From positions 7,407 to 71,406 of the forward strand of contig DATISY010000090.1 of the NCBI GenBank assembly GCA_035468285.1: a stretch of 64,000 nucleotides of DNA. The letters run 5' to 3'. Below, piece by piece: positions 56,536 through 64,000 of this stretch (position 1 is its first letter; the number at the start of each line of letters is the position of its first letter). This stretch comes from Acidimicrobiia bacterium. Its GTDB lineage: Bacteria; Actinomycetota; Acidimicrobiia; IMCC26256; PALSA-555. Under the pieces are notes generated by a model. That model ran no database searches. It had not been told where the DNA came from and worked only from the letters and a program-made list of their open reading frames with translations. The position numbers and the translations under genes are program-made.

Positions 56536-57608
56536 TGCGACCGGGGCGCGCCATCCTGGCGGTTCTGCTCGCGGTCGGCACAGTCGTCGTGGCCGCCGAG
56601 CCGGCCGACGCGCACGGCGTCGCGGGGATCCAGCCGAGCAACTTCTCGACCCGTGTCCTGGCGATCGTCCCTGCGACGCGCGGCGTCGAGGTCCACGCCG
56701 TGGATCTCGGCAACAAGCTGGAGCTCAACAACCACACCGGACGTGACATCGTCGTGCTCGGCTACGACGGTGAGCCGTACCTGCGCGTCGGGCCGCGCGG
56801 CGTGTTCCAGAACGGTCGCTCTCCCGCCGTGTACCTGAACCGCACCCGCACCGGGAACGTGCCGGTTCCGGCGTCAGCCAACCCGCACGCGCCGCCCCAG
56901 TGGGAGCGGCTCGGCGGCGGCTCCCAGGTTCGGTGGCACGACCATCGGGCCCACTGGCTACCCACGGCGAACCCACCCGAGGTCCAGCGCGACCCCGGGT
57001 CCCGTCACCTGGTCCAACATTGGGCCGTCACCCTGGTCAGCGACCGGGGCCGCATCGTGGTGCGTGGCGACGTCGTGTGGGTGCCGGGCCCATCGCCGTG
57101 GATCTGGCTCGGCGTCGCCCTCGGCTTCGCCCTCGCGGTGATCGCCCTCGCCGCGACCCGAGCCGGGCGGCCGGCGGTCGCGGCGAGCCTCGCGGCCCTG
57201 ATCGTGGGCGAGACCGCCCACGTGTTCGGATCCTGGGCGGCCACCACGGTCGCCGGGCCCACCAAGCTGGCCGCGAGCGCCTACGCGTTGGGTGGCATCG
57301 CGGTCGCCGCCCTGGCCTTCGTGTGGGTGGTCCGACGCGGGGTCCACCCGGCCGCGCCGCTGCTCCTCCTCGCAGGCCTCTTCTTGGCGTTGGCCGGCGG
57401 ACTCGCCGACGTCTCGGCGCTGTACCGCTCACAGCTCCCCACGACCCTGCCCGTCACGCTGGCCCGACTGGAGATCGCGGCCACGATCGGTCTCGGTGCG
57501 GGGATCGCGGTCGTCGGCGGCTGGCAGCTGCGCGCCACGGCTCCTCGAACCCGTCGCGTGGCCCCGGCCCGTCCGCACCCCCCGACGGTGAGCAGCTCGC
57601 CGGCCTAG
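56535..57608 (+). CDS. Secreted-domain / polytopic membrane protein with a predicted mature N-terminal His and a WHDHRAHW motif (candidate metal-binding)
   Basis: The ATG overlaps the sigma-factor stop (TGATG). Signal peptide ...AAEPADA|HGVAG. About 170-aa extracytoplasmic domain followed by about 4 TM helices. No family name recognised. Confidence 0.55.
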   Translation: MRPGRAILAVLLAVGTVVVAAEPADAHGVAGIQPSNFSTRVLAIVPATRGVEVHAVDLGNKLELNNHTGRDIVVLGYDGEPYLRVGPRGVFQNGRSPAVYLNRTRTGNVPVPASANPHAPPQWERLGGGSQVRWHDHRAHWLPTANPPEVQRDPGSRHLVQHWAVTLVSDRGRIVVRGDVVWVPGPSPWIWLGVALGFALAVIALAATRAGRPAVAASLAALIVGETAHVFGSWAATTVAGPTKLAASAYALGGIAVAALAFVWVVRRGVHPAAPLLLLAGLFLALAGGLADVSALYRSQLPTTLPVTLARLEIAATIGLGAGIAVVGGWQLRATAPRTRRVAPARPHPPTVSSSPA

Positions 57609-58483
57609 TGGGTCGGGTCGTCACAAACGTGACACTCGAGCTCGAGTGTCGTGTGCGTGATCCCGAACCGGTCCGCCAGCATCGTCTTGAGCGCATCACC
57701 GCGCACCTGCGCGTCGTGCAGGGATGGCACATCACCGAACACGACATGCGCCGACAACGCCGGGAGATCCGACGCGACCTCCCAGACGTGGAGATGGTGC
57801 ACGGCCTCGACGCCCTCTTCGTGGAACAGGGCCTGCTCGACCTGGGCGACGTCGACGCCGCGCGGTGCCGCTTCCAGGAACACATTCGTGGTGTCGCGCA
57901 GCACACCCCATGCGGACCAGGCGACGAGCACCGCGATCGCCAGCGACGCGGCCGGGTCGAGCCAGGTCGCCCCGAACGCCAGGATCCCGATACCGGCCAC
58001 CATCGCGCCCGCCGAGCTGCCCACGTCCGAGAGCATGTGCACCATCGCCGCCCGCAGGTTCAGGTTCGCGCCGGCGACCCGAGCGAGCACGAGAGTGACC
58101 GCCGCGTTCACGACGAGACCGACGGTCGCCACGCCCAGCAGACCGGCCCCGTCGACGGCGTCGCCGTGACCGAGCCGCCCGATGGCCTCGACGACGATCC
58201 AGATCGTGACGGCGAGCACGAGGAGGGCGTTGGCCTGCGCGCCGAGCGCCTCGGCCCGACGCAGCCCGAAGGTGCGCCGGCTCGACGCCGGGCGGGTCAT
58301 GAGCGCCTCCGCCACGAGTGCGACACCGAGCCCGACGACGTCGGTCGCGAGATGGGTCGCGTCGGCGAGCAACGCCAGCGACGAGAACACGAAACCGCCG
58401 ACGACCTCGACGGCGAGCAGCGACACGTTGGCCCCGAGGGCGATCCATAGCGCCCGGCGCGCCAGGTGATCCGGGGTGGTCAT
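57605..58483 (-). CDS. Cation diffusion facilitator family metal exporter (CzcD/ZitB-like)
   Basis: SLALLADATHLATDV and HMLSDVGSS (TM2/TM5 HD-HD site), with a C-terminal His/Cys-rich tail. Start at ATG 58483. Confidence 0.85.
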   Translation of the reverse strand: MTTPDHLARRALWIALGANVSLLAVEVVGGFVFSSLALLADATHLATDVVGLGVALVAEALMTRPASSRRTFGLRRAEALGAQANALLVLAVTIWIVVEAIGRLGHGDAVDGAGLLGVATVGLVVNAAVTLVLARVAGANLNLRAAMVHMLSDVGSSAGAMVAGIGILAFGATWLDPAASLAIAVLVAWSAWGVLRDTTNVFLEAAPRGVDVAQVEQALFHEEGVEAVHHLHVWEVASDLPALSAHVVFGDVPSLHDAQVRGDALKTMLADRFGITHTTLELECHVCDDPTH

Positions 58484-58559
58484 TGCCTCTATCTTGGCCC
58501 GACGCACCGTCGTGGCGCGCGCTGTCGTCCCCGGTCCGTGCGGCGCGTCGACCGGTAGG

Positions 58560-59339
58560 GTGCGGCTCGTGCGCCTCGCCGGGGAGATCGCGCTCGTCAC
58601 CGGCTCGACCGCCGGGATCGGGAAGGCCATTGCGCTCGAGTTCGCCGCCGAGGGCGCCTCGGTCGTCGTCCACGGCCGCGACGGAGGACGAGGTGCCGCG
58701 GTCGTGGACCAGATCGTCGCGGCGGGCGGTGCCGCGCACTTCGTGGCCGCCGACCTGGCGACCGAGCAGGCTTGCACGGATGTGGTCGCGAGAGCGGCCG
58801 ACCACTTCGGCGGGTTGAGCATCGTGGTGAACAACGCCGTCGCGAGCCCCGACGGTCACGACTCCCGGGTCGGCGACATGGACACCACCTATTGGGAAGA
58901 TGCGCTACGGGTGAACCTCACCGCCCCGATGTGGCTGTGCCGCGCCGCGATCCCTCACCTGCTCGAGCACGGGCACGGGGCGATCCTCAACATCTCGTCA
59001 CGACAAGCTGAACGTCCCAGCGCGGGGCTCGCCGCGTACGCCGCCAGCAAGGGCGGCCTGAACGCGCTCACGCGCGCCATCGCCGTGGAGTACGCCGGGC
59101 AGGGCATCCGGTGCAACACCATCAGCCCCGGATACGTGATCAACGAGCGTCGCGACGCGGCCCTGGCACCGGATCGACGTGAACGTCTCGAGGCCATGCA
59201 CCTCACCCGCCTCGGCGAGGCCCGCGACGTCGCGTGGGCCGCGGTGTACCTCGCGAGCCGCGAATCGGAGTTCGTGACCGGCATCAACCTCGAGCTCGAC
59301 GGTGGGAGCGGTCACGCCCGCGCCGCGGCGCTGGGATGA
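58560..59339 (+). CDS. SDR-family oxidoreductase
   Basis: VTGSTAGIGKAIA (TGxxxGIG), NNAV, and YAASKGG (YxxxK). Start approximate. Confidence 0.85.
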   Translation: MRLVRLAGEIALVTGSTAGIGKAIALEFAAEGASVVVHGRDGGRGAAVVDQIVAAGGAAHFVAADLATEQACTDVVARAADHFGGLSIVVNNAVASPDGHDSRVGDMDTTYWEDALRVNLTAPMWLCRAAIPHLLEHGHGAILNISSRQAERPSAGLAAYAASKGGLNALTRAIAVEYAGQGIRCNTISPGYVINERRDAALAPDRRERLEAMHLTRLGEARDVAWAAVYLASRESEFVTGINLELDGGSGHARAAALG

Positions 59340-60184
59340 CCTCCGACGTCGAGCCCGACGAGCGCGCCGTCGGTCGGATGCACCCGCGGGTGTCACTGAG
59401 TGCGATCTCGACGTTCTCGTGGGACCTCGACCAGGATCTGGCGTTCTACGACGCCGCGGGCATCACGGCCATCGGCGCGTCGCTCGCCAAGCTCGAAGCG
59501 GCCGGCCTCGACGAGGGGGCCCGACGGCTGCGCGAGGCCGGCCTCCGGGTCACCAACCTGATCGGGATCGGCCCGTTCGTGCTGGCCGACCCGACACAGT
59601 GGGACCGGCAGCGGGACCGGGTGCGGCACGCCCTCGACGCCGCCGAGACGGTCGGCGCGGAGTGCCTGATCTTCACCACGGGACCGGCCGGGTCGTTGTC
59701 GTGGGAGGACGCGGCCGACGCGCTCGCCACCGCAATCGGGCCCGTCCTCGACGACGCCCGAGCCCGCGGGATCCCGTTCGGGCTCGAGCACACCAACTCG
59801 CTGCGTGTCGACGTCGGGTTCGTGCACACCCTGCGCGATGTGGTCGACCTGGCCCGCCGCCTCGACATCGGCGTGTGCGTCGAGCTGAACGCCTGCTGGG
59901 CCGAGCGGGGGCTGGGCGAGACGATCCGGGACGGCATCGACCGGTTCCGGGTCGTCCAGGTGAGCGACTTCGCGGTCGGGACCCTGTCGACACCGAACCG
60001 GCTCGTGCCCGGCGACGGCGACATCCCGCTCGGACGGCTCGTGGGCCAGCTGCTCGACGCCGGGTATCGGGGCGTGTTCGACCTCGAGCTCATCGGCCCG
60101 CGCATCGACGAGGAGGGCTACGGCCCCGCGTGCACCCGGGCGGTCGAGCGGCTGGGTGCGCTCCTCGACGAGGCCGGCGCCTGA
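59336..60184 (+). CDS. Sugar phosphate isomerase/epimerase (xylose-isomerase-like TIM barrel)
   Basis: About 282 aa. ATGA overlap with the SDR stop. Pattern of GLEHTN ... VELNACW ... VQVSD ... GDGDIPL is typical of AP-endonuclease-2/TIM proteins. Confidence 0.65.
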   Translation: MTSDVEPDERAVGRMHPRVSLSAISTFSWDLDQDLAFYDAAGITAIGASLAKLEAAGLDEGARRLREAGLRVTNLIGIGPFVLADPTQWDRQRDRVRHALDAAETVGAECLIFTTGPAGSLSWEDAADALATAIGPVLDDARARGIPFGLEHTNSLRVDVGFVHTLRDVVDLARRLDIGVCVELNACWAERGLGETIRDGIDRFRVVQVSDFAVGTLSTPNRLVPGDGDIPLGRLVGQLLDAGYRGVFDLELIGPRIDEEGYGPACTRAVERLGALLDEAGA

Positions 60185-60191
60185 GGGCAGC

Positions 60192-61253
60192 TCACGCCCG
60201 CCACTCCACGGGCGTCCCGTGGAACCCGGCCAGAGCGAGGAGCCGGTCTTGCCCGTCGGGCCAGAGGGTGAGCCGCAGCTCGGCGCGCGTCACTTCGGTC
60301 GTCGAGGTCGGCTCGAGCCGCAGCCATGCGATCGGCGCGTCCAGGGTGGCCCGGGCGCCGGCGTCGGCGAGCAGCGCGACGAACTCGGTGACGTCGGCGG
60401 GCGAGAAGTACTGCATGACGATCGAATGGAACACGACCGTGGCCTCGCCGGGGTGTGGTTCGACGAGCTGCGCCGCGACCCAGTCCCGGGCATCGCCTTG
60501 CTCGACGGTGGCGGGCACCCGGGCCGCGACGTCGAGGGCGTTCCGCAGGATCGCGAGCCGGGCGTCTTGATCAGGCCATACGTAGCCGAGCAGCGCGAGC
60601 CTCCCCGTGTCGCTGGTGGGGTCGATCGGATCGTGGTCACAGCCGGCCCGGGACGAGACGCGCAACGGGGCGTCGAACGGGAGTGGCCGGCCCGCCCAGA
60701 CATCGACGAACCGCACCGGCGACGTGGGGTCACCGACGTGGGACGGGCCCGCCTGGTACGAGAAGTGGTCGAAGCGCAAGTTCAAGCCCGCGCTGGAACC
60801 GACCTCGAGGACGCGCAGCGGGTGCCCGGTCTCGGCCGCGACGGTCAGGAACCCGCCGATGAGCGCCGCGGATCGGCCGACCTCGTTGGTCTGGGGCGGC
60901 CGGTCGATCGCGCGGTCCAGCTCGTCGTGTCGGGCGGTGAGCACCGAGCGCACCAGCGGCCACGCCGCGTCGGGGTCGCCGTCGCCACCCACCGACGGGT
61001 AGTGGCGGGCAAGCTCGGGGACGTCGCCGGCGAGCACGAGGCGGTGCACCGCGCCGAGGAGCCGCAGCTGGGGGACCTGGAGCGCGGGGTCGTCGACGGT
61101 GCGGCCGAGGAGCTCCCAGGTCGGGCCGGCCGCCTCGGCGTCCACGGCGAGGTGCTCGAGGAGCCCGGCGTAGAAGGGCGAGTCGGCCGCGGCGCAGTAT
61201 CCGGCCTGGCCTCGAAGGCGGTTCGCGAGGATCGTGCGGGCGTCCGGGCTCAC
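60192..61253 (-). CDS. DUF2332-like protein
   Basis: 353 aa from GTG 61253, with SPFYAGLLEHLA and LEVGSSAGLNL motifs as I recall for DUF2332. Confidence 0.55.
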   Translation of the reverse strand: MSPDARTILANRLRGQAGYCAAADSPFYAGLLEHLAVDAEAAGPTWELLGRTVDDPALQVPQLRLLGAVHRLVLAGDVPELARHYPSVGGDGDPDAAWPLVRSVLTARHDELDRAIDRPPQTNEVGRSAALIGGFLTVAAETGHPLRVLEVGSSAGLNLRFDHFSYQAGPSHVGDPTSPVRFVDVWAGRPLPFDAPLRVSSRAGCDHDPIDPTSDTGRLALLGYVWPDQDARLAILRNALDVAARVPATVEQGDARDWVAAQLVEPHPGEATVVFHSIVMQYFSPADVTEFVALLADAGARATLDAPIAWLRLEPTSTTEVTRAELRLTLWPDGQDRLLALAGFHGTPVEWRA

Positions 61254-61257
61254 GGGC

Positions 61258-61719
61258 TCACGGCGGCGGGGGTCCCCACGGCGGGCGGCCGACGTCGTCG
61301 ACCCGGTCGACGGGGGCGCCTTGGACCTCGTGGAGCATCTCCCAGAACCAGGACGGCCAGGCGACGACACTGCCGTCGGCCCCGACGAGGAGCTGGATGA
61401 CCCAGGCCCGGGCGAGAGGCGCCCCCGTCGTGGCCTCGACGAGACGCTGCTCGACGACCGCGGCCTTCCCGCGGCGCTGCACGTACCGCGTCGCGCCGAC
61501 GTAGCGCTCGTGCATCCACCCTTCCCGTTCGTAGAGGACGTGGAGTTCGCGGACGACGACCGCGATGCCCTCGCGTCGCACGAACTTCGGCCAGCGCGGC
61601 GCGAGCCGTGACGCCACGTACGCGATCCGAAGCTCGTTGAACATGCGAGCCGCGGCGGTGTTGTTGAGGTGGTCCTGATACTCGTCACGATCGGCGTCGA
61701 TCGGGTCGACGTCGAACAC
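61258..61719 (-). CDS. Hotdog-fold acyl-CoA thioesterase-like protein
   Basis: DEYQDHLNNTAAARMFNELR is a 4HBT-type N-terminus. Start tentatively at GTG 61719. Confidence 0.55.
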   Translation of the reverse strand: MFDVDPIDADRDEYQDHLNNTAAARMFNELRIAYVASRLAPRWPKFVRREGIAVVVRELHVLYEREGWMHERYVGATRYVQRRGKAAVVEQRLVEATTGAPLARAWVIQLLVGADGSVVAWPSWFWEMLHEVQGAPVDRVDDVGRPPWGPPPP

Positions 61720-61846
61720 GACTGCGAACCCCTCGGCACCGAGCGCGGTGGCGCCCGCCGACGGCTCCGGGTTGCCGGGGCGGACACCGACGACGGGCCA
61801 CGGGTTCCGCCAGTCCGCGTCGCGTCCTCGCGCCTCGTTCAACGCG

Positions 61847-62632
61847 CTAGGACCACATGAAGGTGCCGCCGTCGACCATGAAGGTGTGACCGGTGACGAA
61901 GCGGCACGCATCCGAGCACAGGAAGTGGGCGACGGGGCCGACGTCGAGCTCGGGATCGCCGTTGCGGCCCATCGGGGAGTTCCGCATGAACTCCTCGTAG
62001 TGCTCTGACCCGACGGCGCGGGGCGGCGCCGCCGCGGGGGCGATGGCGTTGACCACGATCCCGTCCGGGGCCCACTCGCGCGCCGCGGTGCGGGTCAGGG
62101 CCCGGATGGCTTCCTTCGACGCGTTGTACGCCCCGAAGCCCTGACCACCGGTGCGGCCCATCGAGGACGCGAAGTTGACGATCCGACCCCACCCGGCGTC
62201 CCGCATGTGCGGATAGACCGCCTGCATGGCCCGCAGGGTCCCCAGGACCCCGGATCGGTAGAAGACGTCGACGTCGTCGGTGGTGACCTCGGCCATGGGG
62301 GCGTTCGCGCGGAACGTCTGCGCGTTGTTGATGATCCCGTCGACTCGCCCGAGCTCATCGACGACGCGCGCGACCATGGCGTCGATCGACTCCTCGTCCC
62401 GGATGTCGACCTCGACGCCGAGGTTCGGTGCGCCGAGGTCGGAGAGCTCCTCGCAGGTGCGGCGCAACTTCTCCGCCTGGTAGTCGGCGACGACGACGGT
62501 TGCGCCGGCCTTGGCCAGGTGATTCGCCATGCCCCGTCCGACCCCTTGACCGGACCCGGTGACGATGATCACCCGCTCATCGACGGTGTGCATGGCCCGG
62601 GAGGTGTCGGCGGTGACTTCGGGATGCAGCAC
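61847..62632 (-). CDS. SDR-family oxidoreductase
   Basis: VTGSGQGVGRGMA, NNAQ, and YNASKEA motifs. Confidence 0.85.
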   Translation of the reverse strand: MLHPEVTADTSRAMHTVDERVIIVTGSGQGVGRGMANHLAKAGATVVVADYQAEKLRRTCEELSDLGAPNLGVEVDIRDEESIDAMVARVVDELGRVDGIINNAQTFRANAPMAEVTTDDVDVFYRSGVLGTLRAMQAVYPHMRDAGWGRIVNFASSMGRTGGQGFGAYNASKEAIRALTRTAAREWAPDGIVVNAIAPAAAPPRAVGSEHYEEFMRNSPMGRNGDPELDVGPVAHFLCSDACRFVTGHTFMVDGGTFMWS

Positions 62633-62643
62633 GGTCGGGGAGG

Positions 62644-63099
62644 CTACGCGCCGGGTTCCGGCGTGTGGATCAGCTCGACGAGGACCCCGTCGGGGTCGTG
62701 GATGGTCGCCATGGCCACCGGACCCGCCGGGCCCGGCTGCTCGATGCGGTGCGGCTTCGCGGCGAAGCCCAACGTTCGTAACGACGCGAGGGTGACGTCG
62801 ACGTCGACGAAGAACGACAGCAGGAAGAAGCCCGGGCGCGGCGGTCCGACGTCGGGGAACACGCCGGACGGCGCGCCCTCACCGAAGGAGACGAGTTCCA
62901 CGATCCCCGAATCGGCGTGGGCGGGATCGCCGAGGAACACCGACCGGAGCTGACGGGAGGGGGCGTCGAACAGGGTCGGCCAATCTCCCTCGAAGGAGTG
63001 GTCCATGAGCACGTCCAAGCCGAGACCGTCGCGGTAGAAGCGGAGGCTGGCGTCGACGTCGCGCACGCACAGCGCGGCGTGATGCAGCGGGAGCGGCAC
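62644..63099 (-). CDS. VOC (glyoxalase/bleomycin-resistance/dioxygenase) family protein
   Basis: LHHAALCVRDVDASLRFYRDGLGL motif. Start uncertain (GTG 63099 or ATG 63159). Confidence 0.7.
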   Translation of the reverse strand: MPLPLHHAALCVRDVDASLRFYRDGLGLDVLMDHSFEGDWPTLFDAPSRQLRSVFLGDPAHADSGIVELVSFGEGAPSGVFPDVGPPRPGFFLLSFFVDVDVTLASLRTLGFAAKPHRIEQPGPAGPVAMATIHDPDGVLVELIHTPEPGA

Positions 63100-63124
63100 G
63101 CGGGCGACGCTACCCTCCTGCGCG

Positions 63125-64000
63125 ATGTGGTTCGGAGCGTTCTTGCCGCAGCTGCGCATGGGGTTCGACCGGATCCTCGAACGGGTCCTGGCCGCCGAGG
63201 CGGCGGGCTTCGATTCGGTCTGGCTCATGGATCACCTCGCGGCGCCCGCAGCAGTGGACCAGGACACGTTCGAAGGTTGGACCCTCGCCGCCGCGCTCGC
63301 GGCGCGGACCACGACGATCCGGGTCGGGCATCTCGTCACGTGCGACCCGTTCCGCCATCCCGCGCTGCTCGCGAAGATGGCCGCCACCGTGGACGTCATG
63401 AGCGGTGGTCGACTCGAGCTGGGGCTGGGATGGGGGTCTCTCGCCGAGGAGCTGCACCGGTTCGGGATCGGCGAGGGCTCCGCCAGCGAACGCTCCGCAC
63501 GGCTGCGGGAGTCGATCGAGATCGTGCGGATGATGTTCTCGGGCGAGTTCTTCGACTTCACGGGGGAGCACTTCCGGCTCGAGCAGGCGATCGGCCGTCC
63601 CCGCCCGGTCCAGGACCACGTCCCCATCCACCTCGGCGGCGCAGGCCCGACACTGACCATGCCGATGGTCCGCGACCACGCTGACTGGTGGAACTGCCCG
63701 TCCTATGCCGTGGACCGGCTCGCCGAGCTGCGGCCGCTGGCCGGTGCCGCCCGGGTGTCGGTCCAGCACCCGGTCGGATTGGTCACCGAGGCCTCCCCGC
63801 GTCAGCGGGTCGAGGAGCAGGCCCAGCGCCGCTTCGGCTCGTGGGGTGGCCTCGTCGTCGGGACGCCGTCGGAGCTCATCGACAGGTTGAGCGCCGACGT
63901 TGCCCTCGGCGTCGAAGGCTTCGTGCTCCAGTTCTCGGACTTCGCGACGCCCGACACGCTGCACCAGTTCATGCGTACCGTGGCCCCCGCCGTGCGAGCC
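63125..64000 (+). CDS. LLM-class (luciferase-like) flavin/F420-dependent oxidoreductase, 5' part (runs off window end)
   Basis: Own translation from ATG 63125: MWFGAFLPQLRMGFDRILERVLAAEAAGFDSVWLMDHL ... GRLELGLGWG ... It stays open to position 64000. It is not in the track because no stop lies in the window. Confidence 0.75.
   Translation, partial: MWFGAFLPQLRMGFDRILERVLAAEAAGFDSVWLMDHLAAPAAVDQDTFEGWTLAAALAARTTTIRVGHLVTCDPFRHPALLAKMAATVDVMSGGRLELGLGWGSLAEELHRFGIGEGSASERSARLRESIEIVRMMFSGEFFDFTGEHFRLEQAIGRPRPVQDHVPIHLGGAGPTLTMPMVRDHADWWNCPSYAVDRLAELRPLAGAARVSVQHPVGLVTEASPRQRVEEQAQRRFGSWGGLVVGTPSELIDRLSADVALGVEGFVLQFSDFATPDTLHQFMRTVAPAVRA

Noticed and set aside
63100-63124. Only about 25 bp separates the divergent VOC (GTG 63099) and LLM (ATG 63125) start codons. 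I considered this as evidence for overlapping leaderless promoters.
   Set aside because: The VOC start is uncertain (ATG 63159 would even overlap the LLM gene). Without transcription start site data the inference is too weak.
1-64000. Search for tRNA, rRNA, CRISPR arrays, IS elements or transposases, integrases, toxin-antitoxin or defence systems.
   Set aside because: Intergenic regions are short (mostly under 200 nt). None shows a cloverleaf-like tRNA arrangement, regularly spaced repeats, or terminal inverted repeats. No ORF has transposase or integrase motifs.

Overview
High-GC, Actinomycetota-like chromosomal segment. The lineage call rests on mshA for mycothiol, a rex-hemA-hemC-hemD-hemB cluster, a BldC-like gene and an RsiG-like gene. 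All product calls come from motif recognition in the supplied translations, not from database searches.

Layout:
- 193-10368 (minus): an 11-gene nuoABCDHIJKLMN operon with no nuoEFG. Its nuoL carries an in-frame TAG, and a MidA/NDUFAF7-like methyltransferase fragment follows nuoN.
- 10488-13595: patatin-like lipase, histidine phosphatase and pgi.
- 13663-28980 (minus): a complete 14-gene nuoA-N operon, followed by a geranylgeranyl-reductase-family gene.
- 30559-36594 (plus): an eight-gene operon for a cytochrome b6-type Rieske/cytochrome b complex (split b6 plus subunit IV). It has its own 2x[4Fe-4S] ferredoxin, an unusual diheme cytochrome c and three unknown membrane proteins. This is the most unusual system in the window.
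- 36591-43789 (minus): hemL, hemB, a cobA/hemD fusion, hemC, hemA, a sirC-like gene and rex, with a near-consensus Rex operator at 43841-43858.
- The remainder is housekeeping and accessory: acyl-CoA ligase, DUF62 SAM hydrolase, BldC-like, proC, YbjN-like, mshA, XRE regulator, RsiG-like, sodA and a methyltransferase. It continues with a SirB1-like/Lon-N/small-ORF/MoaD-like string and a Fur/ECF-sigma/secreted His-rich membrane protein/CDF metal locus. It ends with SDRs, a TIM-barrel isomerase, DUF2332, a thioesterase, a VOC protein and a partial LLM oxidoreductase.

Recurring oddity: three genes (rex, DUF62, MoaD-like) have conserved N-termini that can only be reached from ATC or CTG codons.

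I recognised no rRNA, tRNA, CRISPR array or mobile element. Many long ORFs in the track are Arg/Pro/Gly-rich alternative-frame artefacts of high GC content.
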